From: Hydrurus foetidus
Lineage: Eukaryota
NCBI GenBank assembly: GCA_900617105.1
Contig: UYFQ01000306.1
Coordinates: 53,957 to 73,956, forward strand
Length of the DNA stretch: 20,000 nucleotides
Direction of reading: 5' to 3'
The notes under the pieces are model-generated. The model searched no databases and was not told the origin of the DNA. It saw only the letters and a program-made list of their open reading frames with translations. The translations under genes and the position numbers were made by a program. Of the stretch, positions 8,560 through 17,977 are shown piece after piece; positions within the stretch are counted from its first letter, which is position 1, and the number at the start of each line of letters is the position of its first letter.

Positions 8560-9815
8560 GTTGCCAACCCCAGTGGAGCGTGGGTGTTGCCACTGCGTGG
8601 ATGAGAACCTACTTTAAGAAGATTGTTCGATGAAAATCGATATCACTTTCATAGTGTAACTGTTTTTTCCTCAAAGGAGTAACTCGAATTCGCACGATAA
8701 GTGAAGCCCATTACGTCGTTCCGGGAAGATTATTTTCACCCGTTTCTTGACGGCAGTGTTCAACAAGAAACTTGTTTCGGCAATAGTTTCTCGCGCTAAG
8801 GTGAAGGGGTTGAGGGCACATCGCAGAGGCGAGAGCAGTACACTACAGTAACGAAAGAACTCCACTCCAACTCGAAACGTGTTGTACACACTGTTATTTA
8901 CCGTACGGTACAGTACAGTACAAACTACGAACCAAATTTTCATCCCGAAGTGGAACATTCCATTTTCTATTTTCTCCGGTGGCATCTTTAATTTATCGAA
9001 CAGATTCAGCGAAGCGTATCTGTTCCTCTGCAAATAACAAGTTGAAGTTACCACGCCAGTGACTTGGCTTTTGAAAAATGAGTTGTTGCGTACTGAGAGG
9101 TAGGAGCGATCACGACCAGCACAAGAAATAAGATATCAGTCATGTAATACTCATTATTATCATAGCAGAATAATTTTGTATCAGCGGCACAGCGTAAGGA
9201 AGAGATCACAGTACAGATGCGACTAGACTAATTTGAAAGCAATATGCATAATTTCCATTTTTTTTAATTGAGGAATATCAGACAGCTCTTTCCAGTATTC
9301 TAAGTGTCCTTGACGTCGCGGAGAAAATAGTGCATATTCAAAAATGCCGTTGATGTGACCTGTACACCGGAGTCCCACATTATATTGGTAACTTTCAATT
9401 CAAGAACTACCATGGGGTTCTAAATGCTCCTGCAGTATTCCATCTGCCATCTCGATGTATCCCACTTGATTTGCAGCTGACGTTGGGATGGAAATTAGAG
9501 CAATACTATGTCGGTCATAACAGCCATAGTGGAGAAAAACTCTAAGAAAGTTCAAAACATACCTATGATCTACACTCAGTTCGAAATTATTCGAAAGAAT
9601 CTATCTATCCGTTGCGATGTGAAAAATGAAAAGTTACCCCAACCCCCAACGCCCCCCCGACTTCAGCCTTCGTTTTCAGTAAAAACGAAATCGTAAGCGA
9701 TCGAGAGCATTTGAAACACATTTGATTTCCCAAATACTGTCCCAGCTATTTCCGTTTTCAATAACTGTAGCTGCGACATCATTCCGTAATAGGCGAACAA
9801 ACGGGCGACGACGAA

Positions 9816-11009
9816 ATGGGACGATTGTCATCTGAAGTTGGCGGGCTTTCGCATAAATCGCAGGATATTAAGAAATATATGAACTTGTTCATAAGTAGGG
9901 CAGCAACCGATATAATCGGTCGCAAGCTCCCTTATGACGCAATTGTCAGCACTGAAATGTTTGCTGCCTATGAGAAAGTCTTGAAGGATGCTCTCGAGGC
10001 CGGGGAGATCCCGATGGGCCTTTCGTTATCGATCCTCAAGATGAGGAAGAACTTCGAAAAATCAGATGAGGAGGTGAAAGAATCTGATATGCACACCAGC
10101 AAATCGCTCTGGCGGAAGTGGGGAGATGTGAAGACTACTATCAAGAAGACTTTTATGCCAATATATGACGAGCTAGTACCTGCTGGCGAGGTCCCATCTG
10201 AGGAGCTATTGGAGGCGGTGCTTCATGGTATCAGAGTAGCTGACGAGCAGGCGAATGCTGCAGCCGTGATGAGAGCTGAGCTACAAGAAGCGGCTGAACA
10301 AGGATCTTCCAATATATCTCGGCTGAAATCTGCGAGAGTGCATTCTAATTGGATACCCGCAGAGTGGCTGACATTCATTAAATTAGGTCCTCCAGCCGGT
10401 CTCTATTCTGCCGAGGTGTTCGGTGAGAAGAAGTCAAGTTTGAAGAAAAGGAAGAGCAAACTGGAGGGCATTGATGAGATCGACGGGATTGACGATTTTA
10501 ACGAGGATATATCTGCATCCTTAGTTGTAGGAAGTAGCAGTTCAATTAGAAAGAAAGTTAAGAGTGAAGCTACGACTACAGACGCCCGGAAACCAGTCAA
10601 AGTAATCAAATATCAGACAAAAGCAGAAATCAATGAGAGCATAAAGGAGGGACGAAGACAGAGAAAACTGGCCGCAGTTGAGGTGGCAATCTACCGCTAT
10701 AATGTCGCCCTTTCTGCTCGTAAAGATCTTATTGAAGAAAGCAAGGTAAAAAGAAGTGTAATCTCCAAAACACTTAGTAACTTACTTCAATTATGATATT
10801 GGTGCGTGGCGTATGCTCACTCTTAATTTCACCACATAATTTAGGGCTTGATTGCTATGGAAGAGAAGCCTGTTGAGAAGATGCAAATGATTGCCACCCT
10901 TAAATTGCTTCTATTGACCCCCCCACCCGAAGCACCAGTCACCGAAGAGGACGAGGAAGAAGATGAAGAATTAGAAGAAATCAATGAGGGTGACATACGA
11001 ACCGTCTGA
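9816..11009 (+). CDS. Hypothetical protein, about 364 aa, with basic NLS-like patches and an acidic tail
   Basis: Long ORF from 9816; donor AAG|GTAAAA at 10745/6 and acceptor TTTAG|GGC at 10844/5 give exon 2 at 10845-11009 ending in TGA. Contains KKRKSK and RKKVK, and the C-terminus EEDEEEDEELEE. Confidence 0.75.
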
Positions 11010-11849
11010 ACATGAGGCCTCCTTAGGAGATTGTTTTTCAGGACTTATGGAGTGACAGGCACTTCTCTTCTGACGCATGATCTTCAGCGGCCACAGTGCG
11101 AATACTTTCAAGCCAATTGTACAAAAACTTCTCTAGTCATATTATTATTCTCATCGGTCATACCACGCAACACTGTATTCTAAAATAACTTTTCGTGTGT
11201 CGGTATCACTTAATAGATTAACATTCCGCCTGATATTGATTCAATCTTCCATACTAATCGGATTTGAGCGTGACGGAATGACCTCTAACAGCAGAGCAGT
11301 TGTGATGCACAACACTGTGACACAGCCCACTATCAGAAAGCAGAGGACTTATTGTGGTTTTAAGATCGTGCTTCTATTGTTTTGTTTAATCAGTAAGACA
11401 ATGGATTTTTCTTGATAAGTGGCATTTTCAGTGTTTTTAGTACAAATTTGGTCTGACGAGGAAAGGAATGCACAGAAGCCAACTGGAATAGGAAGAGATA
11501 AAAGAAGGGGAATAAGGCAGAGCATGTGAGTAATGTCACAGCATAGTGAGGTCTCGAATCGGTCACAAGCCACGCAGCAGTAAATGTAAAAATGATGCGT
11601 ACTGTCTTCACTACTGTACACCTCGCATGCAGTGATTTAACACATATTCCGCTATTCCAGCTAGAGATACAAGATCACTTGTGAGAAATTGACTGCTCCT
11701 GCACAGGCGCAGCTGTCACTTGCAATGAGTTACATGCATTGCTCCTATCTTCCACAGTAGCATGTCCACCACTTCGACTGACGAGATGATATGATGTGTC
11801 TGAAGCTGCACAACGTGTGGATTGATAGCTTGCAGTGATCAGTCATTAT

Positions 11850-11871
11850 CCACTCCACTCCACTCCACTCC
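11850..11871. repeat. (CCACT)n microsatellite
   Basis: ccactccactccactccactcc. Confidence 0.8.
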
Positions 11872-12403
11872 AGCTTATTCGCTAGAGAGAAAAATGAGGA
11901 GGTCGCGCATCTGGATAATTTACAGTGGTGGATAATGAGCAGTGGATAGGATGGAACGGGTTGGCGCCGCATAATCGATTTCAGAGTAGGAGAGATGCAG
12001 GATAGTGACCATTTGGAAATACAGCACAAGAAATGGTGTGTGATTAATAAAGACTTGAAGAGAACAGTGTGGCATGTGAGACAACGTGACAGACTGGTGC
12101 ATATGAACGTAGGAACAGTATTGAGGGCAGTTAAGAAAACAGACCAGACCGACCGTAGCAAGACAAAGCCGAGAGACAGATAGACAGGCGAGCGGCAATA
12201 ATCAAATTGACATTGCGATAGATAGTCCAGAGAGTGGCTAGCGAGAAGATATGGTCAATTGTCAGTAACAAATGAATTTGCGATGAGGCACCGACGCAAA
12301 TAGGAAGAGACAATTTCTGTGAAATATACAAGATAGCTCACCTGAAGTTACGTGCACGATATTTTGTTGACTTGCGAAGGACTCTAATTCTAAATTTAGT
12401 CAT

Positions 12404-13599
12404 CTACACGTTGGCATTCTCCTTTCTTATGCCACCCAGAAGAGAATCATGTTCACTGATCTCCAATTCTTCTTGCAACCTTTCCTCGTAATTAGCATCT
12501 CCATATGACACATTGATACCTGTTTCGAAATGTGCAGCGGTATCGTATCCAACAGAGTTTCCGCGATTTTGCGCCGTCATTATCTTCAGTTTCAACTCCA
12601 ATTGTTCGAGATGATCTTCCATCTGCCTTCTCTCCCTGACAGTCTTCTTTCTCTTCAGCGACGCATAAATAACGGCTATCATAATAAATATGACAGCTAG
12701 GCCGAGGGCTGCGGAAATCAAGACACATGAGAGAGATATTTAAGTCGCTCGTACGGCAATTGGCAACACTTTTATTACAGGTGATATTTCTAAGAAAGCG
12801 AGCGACATGTTATCAAACTCACCAGGCAGAGGTGGAGGTGGAGTTGTTTCTGTTGAGCAAAACTCTCTGTACGATTCTACTGGACGCTGGTGGAGAGACT
12901 TCGGGGGACAGTTGTAGATAACCTTTCTCCATGCAGTTGATTCCGTCAAATTGGTCAATGTCCCCACTCTGTAGCCACCCATCGAAATATCCAGAAGCCA
13001 GGATAACCGACATCTGGGGTGTGCTGTTCCTGTATCACCAGGCCTCTGTAATATAGTGCCCGTGTCCGCGAAACCGAACGACCATCCAGATGTAAAATAC
13101 CAATAGAGCCCATTTGATGAATGTGGCCTATTATGTTCAGTCTGCTGATGAATTTCGGAAGCCAAGCCATATGCGCCAATCGAGAACGTTTTACGCTGCC
13201 CCTCTTTTGCACCAACGAACAAGTACGTACCATCACATGCCAGAATCTCATCAGATCTAATCGACTCCCAGTATCCCTTGTCGAAGCACAGAGAGCAGCT
13301 TTGATTGTGAAGATCTGATTCAGTTGTCTGCATAAATTGAATACCGTCGGGATACCCGTCACCGTTATACGTAAAGCTGCTGCGCATTACGATTGATGCG
13401 CCAAGCACAGATGAAATCTGGCATCGAAGGCAGCACCCAGCAAATACCTGAGATCATAGAGATAAATTGCAGATAGTGGAAGGTAGGCAACAGAGCTACG
13501 AGGTTCGACTCACCCACAACAGCAAACACAGCAGATTGCGCAGCCTGATGGGCAACTTTTGGCCGTAATTCCGTTGGAATTCCGTTGTTACCGCGCCAT
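12404..13599 (-). CDS. Type I single-pass membrane protein, about 322 aa, with an uncharacterised aromatic-rich ectodomain
   Basis: Exons 13599-13592, 13544-13514, 13447-12823 and 12708-12404 give signal peptide MARLRNLLCLLLWVFAG, an ectodomain (NGLYWYF..SFGFA..RLSWLL..GGYRVG..WRKVIY), a Pro linker, TM ALGLAVIFIMIAVIYASL, KRKK stop-transfer and a coiled-coil tail. The two 5' micro-exons are less certain. Confidence 0.78.
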
Positions 13600-13787
13600 A
13601 ATCCAGAATCCGGAACCCAAAAAGTCCACAATAGTTACCGTACTTCTGACTGCTGACTTGAAGCTTGAAGTGAGTCGAATATCAGTGCTATTCCCAGTCA
13701 GCGACTTCTCCATTAAAAAGGAGTCAGTTCGGAGTGTAGTATTTAAAACAAGGCGACGAGAAAGCAGTAAGATAGAACGCCCAGAAA

Positions 13788-14339
13788 ATGAGATTTCTTT
13801 CATCAGTTGTATCAATCGGAATTTTGGCAACAGCAGCTGACGGGTTTCTAGTTACGAAACAGTCATCTATCCAAAACATAAGGATACCAACATCTCATCA
13901 TTTTGCTGGCGTTGTAAGGTGTACCAAACCCTTATCGTCGAAGCCAGATGTCGAGGATTTAGATGAGACAACCAAGAAGTATGGTTTAGAGGCAGGACTT
14001 TATAAGGCCGTGACAGCGAAACCGGAAGATGGACAGACCGTGAAACCACAGGATCTTCTGAAGAAATATGGTACTGCTTACTTAGCTACGAGCATTACAC
14101 TGGCCCTTATTTCGTACGCATTATGCTACCTACTTGTGTCAAGTGGAGTTGATGTGGCGTCGCTGTTGGAAAAAGTTGGCATACAATCTACGGCAGCAGC
14201 AGCGAATACTGGAACGGCTGCAATTGCATACGCCGTTCACAAGGCTGCTTCCCCCATTAGATTCCCACCCACAGTTGCTCTCACTCCAGTTGTAGCCGGA
14301 TGGCTCGGGAAGAAGCCTGCAGAGGATGAGAAGAAATGA
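13788..14339 (+). CDS. DUF1279/FAM210-like membrane protein, plastid-targeted
   Basis: Intronless 183-aa ORF with signal peptide and ASAFAP-type cleavage site (AADG|F) followed by a transit peptide. Contains LLKKYG.AYL.TSI...GVDV..LL..GI and AYAVHKAASPIRFPPTVALTP. Confidence 0.88.
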   Translation: MRFLSSVVSIGILATAADGFLVTKQSSIQNIRIPTSHHFAGVVRCTKPLSSKPDVEDLDETTKKYGLEAGLYKAVTAKPEDGQTVKPQDLLKKYGTAYLATSITLALISYALCYLLVSSGVDVASLLEKVGIQSTAAAANTGTAAIAYAVHKAASPIRFPPTVALTPVVAGWLGKKPAEDEKK

Positions 14340-15413
14340 GATTCCTTTTATTTATATCTTTTCTGTTATCATTCCTCGGTTAACGAGCTTACAAGATACT
14401 TAGAGCCTGCCCGCCAGCTTCAGGAGTAGACTAGCTCTTAAAAATGGAGTGCTCATCTCATTATCAAATCGTATAGATTTGTAGCCGATCTGCCCGTTTG
14501 TATACTACGTCATATTTTCCTCCGCCCTGCCCAATTACGTCTCTCAATCCCTTTACTCACCGTGTGTGTCACTTTGTAAGAAATGCGAAGTTAGTCACTA
14601 CTACTGTGCTTGTGCACCGCTTGTTACAAGAATGCCTTTTAGTTGTATTGCACAACTGTGAGGGCGGGGCACAGCGTCATTTGAGATTGGCTTCTCAGGA
14701 TGAGAAGAGTTTGATACCTGACCTCAAAAAGAATGATGAAGTCTGCCTTGAGTTGGGAATACGCTCGCAGATGATCCCTCTTATCACCAATAACCATTAT
14801 CCAATATTGAGAGTCGTACGAGGCTGACCACAACTGAATTTGTCTAACTGAAAATCGGGGTGGTTTATTTTGAGGGAGTATAGCAGCTAGAGATCGAAAC
14901 ATGAGACATCGGGGGTGCGAATGCAGTTGAATCTAGCGTCATTCGTATGGCATCTCTACACATGATAGACAGCTTTCTTGCGGTAGGATTGGAAGAAGAG
15001 TCTTTCAATTCGTTGGAGTCATCGGTATCACTCATGACAGGTAGGTGTACCCTCCGCGAAAGACATGTTAAGATAACGAATGTTATTTACGGTGATCATA
15101 TTAGGATTAATATCACCAAGAGATGGATGCCATTGTTGGTACTGCCTACATCACTTAAATTATTTCAGCAGGGTCCTGTCAAACTTGATATGGGTTGTGT
15201 AACGGTTTCCGTGATCATACTTTTGACTGACGAAAAAAACAAAAAAACAATCCGGCCAGACTAAGAGGACGAATTGTTTCAAATCATGTAATTAATTGAG
15301 AGTTCACGAAGCCATTTCAACCAGAGAACAGCTTTGAGTTTAATCATGTACAGTACAGCATTGATCAGCGACTAAAATAAAATCGACATGCAAGGTAAAT
15401 CGGATCCGATTCG

Positions 15414-17247
15414 TCATAAGGAGGAGACATACAGAACATTATTTTCCCTAAGAGTTTGAATTAAATCGTCATTTGTGATCTCTAGCAACTTCTTCTCCTG
15501 CTGCAGGACTTTCACTTGATTGGCGAGAGTTTGAGCGACCTCAGCCCAGTGTGCTACCTCTTGTGCGTACTCATGACTTAGTCGCCTCTCACCCTCTAGC
15601 AACTCCTCTTGTTTCTCTTTCTCCTTCAACACGGTCCACAGCATGTGGTCTTTCACGCTCACTGCATGTACGTACTGATCGCATCTAGCGAGTATCTCCA
15701 GCCTCTCCGCTGTTTCTCTTGGGAAGTCATCAGTGGGGAAATCTGTTTGTACTGTCATCGTTTTTGTAGATAGCTTTTCCATTGCAGCGCTCAGATCGCC
15801 AAACTGCTGGATAAGCTCAATCATGCTCGCTGCTCTTGGTCCTCTCGCAGATTCCATCGGAACACCCCCTGGAGCTGCTGACGTTATCAGAACGCCTTCG
15901 AAATGGTCAGTTTAAATGTCGGTTATACAGATCCACAGTCAATTGCAATGGTGAATATAAATCAAATCATGGCCCTGTAGTAGACTGCAAAAGACTCATA
16001 AGCGGGATTGTTGATTATTGTCTTGAAAAGTATGGCCTACCTGTTGAGGGATGGTAGATGTTGTCGCTATTCGCGAGTTCGATCCTCCTGACAATGCGCT
16101 CTATGCATTCTAGCTCTGTCTCCAACTGCAGCACCTAATAAAATACAACATTGCAGCATTACGAAAGAATGTGATAACCGTCCAGAGAAAGACACCCTCT
16201 AGAACATCAATTAATCTAGCGTGCATAGAGCACAGAATGGTACACAAATACCTGATGTTTTATTGAGGATTGCCTCATCGCCTCTACACTTCTCAGTCGC
16301 TCCAGAATTTGTTCCGAATCAGATAATGTTTCTCTCTCTATTCCTTTCCTAGAAGCCTCAACCTCCGTAGAACAATTCTGTAACTGCCTTCTCAATTGCA
16401 GAAGGTGTTCTCTGCGTGGGAATAGCTTTCCCGTGAGCAATGATCTCAGTTTGTCGTATCTAAAGCGGTAGGATTCGGGCAAAGGAAGGACTGTATTGCC
16501 TAGCCGCTGATGCTGCTCTACTGCAGACTGGGGGAGTGCAACACCAGCAGTCTCATCGTAATGTGTCAGCAGTCTGCCTGTTATGACTTCTGTCGGTAGT
16601 AAATATTCTTTCGGTGCCTCAGGAGTAAAGGCATTTGCCATGGGATAATATTGCTGAAGCAACTCTGGGTGATCTCTCAAGATACTCTCGAAGTCTGACT
16701 TATTAATCCGTCCATCTCCATCAACGTCAAATTTAGAGAAAATTTGGCCAGCTTCGAAGGACGTGAATGGAGCAGCATTTACTGGAGATCGAACGATAGG
16801 TTGATCAGGTGACTTAGGAGATGCCATACTGACAGAAGCTCTTGAACTGCTTGAGTCTCCAGGCTTTCCTTCCCGCCACAACTGGCGAAATTCTTCTGCA
16901 GTCAAAACGCCCCTTTTATCCTTATCATACCTATCAGTCATGACGGGCGGACAGAATGATTTGGTGCAGGCATTTACAACCTAAAGGAGAATTGCATTAC
17001 AAAAAACAGACCTATTGAACATAATTCCAGCCTCAAAGTCTGCATTGCCATCGGCAGCTTGATGCAGAGGGTGGCGGTCTTCCACAGCGGCGCTTTTATC
17101 CTTCAAGGGGCTCGATCGTCTATCTTTTTTAGGGCTTGATGATCGCTTCAATGTACTGCTGTCAACATCCTTTTTCTTCGATGACTTCTTGCCATCAGCA
17201 GCATCTGGAACTTTCACCTTCTTTTTCTTTACTGCACCATCCGCCAT
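15414..17247 (-). CDS. EF-hand and coiled-coil protein, about 496 aa
   Basis: Exons 17247-17012, 16930-16252, 16134-16041 and 15895-15414 splice in frame. EF-hand loops are FNRYDKDKRGVLTAEEF (completed across intron 1) and FSKFDVDGDGRINKSDF. K-rich N-terminus and heptad-rich C-terminal half. Confidence 0.85.
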
Positions 17248-17359
17248 TGCTGAAAACCTCTGAGGAGTTTTGATAATATCTATTTTTATCTATGTCCTGT
17301 AAAACTGAAGCTGTGTAAACAAATAGTGCTGTATAGCAGACGACAGGATACAGCAGGAT

Positions 17360-17753
17360 TGTTGTGATATCCGGATTAGACTAGGATCCTGTACCCTGTG
17401 TGATGTGTGATTGTTTTCATGCACGGGTGTACGTACATTCAGCGATAGCATTGACCGCAACCCTCGCACTCATGTTATGCTACCTAGATGTAATCGACAG
17501 CATGTCACTGTCGTTTAATCCAACTTACCGAATAGAACGTCTTCTTCTCTTTTGAGCGAGCGTTGCTAGCAGTCGGAAGTGCAGGGTGTAGCCTTATGCA
17601 TCCCTAGGTGGATACAATGTGTCTAGGTTAACTAGGTACAATAGGTACAATACGCCCAGATTCCAGTTTTGGGTCTTAGTTCTACATAGAACTCCCGCCT
17701 TGTTAGGAGACTGTACATCACCTATCCTTTAACTGTAAACTATAATCACAACG
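17360..17753 (+). repeat. Putative 5' LTR, about 390 bp
   Basis: Begins TGTTGTGAT (17360) and ends ATCACAACG (17745-17753), an 8/9 terminal inverted repeat (alternative ends TGTGAT 17363 / ATCACA 17750). It lies just upstream of gag. The partner LTR is not in the window. Confidence 0.55.
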
Positions 17754-17977
17754 TTATCCTAACAACGTCGCTTTCCTTCGTCCCTCCGTGTCCCGCCCTC
17801 TGTCCTACCAACTTCGGTGCCATCGTCCTAGGTCCCGATCAGAGCCATAATATCGATATTTGGTCATTCACCAAAGTTACTTCCATCAAAGTTTCGTCAA
17901 AGTTTCAATCCGAGAAAATTTTTTTTCTCCTCCTCTTCCATCCGTCTCCTCCTCAACTTTACCGCAACGCCAACATT

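Noticed and set aside
8671..9696. ORFs 8671-9054 and 9508-9696
   Set aside because: No recognisable protein features; they lie in a divergent promoter region.
11197..12331. Several short ORFs on both strands
   Set aside because: Low-complexity translations of skewed, intron- or UTR-like sequence.
14498..15264. ORFs between the convergent DUF1279 and EF-hand genes
   Set aside because: No domain-like features or splice-consistent model; likely 3' UTRs.
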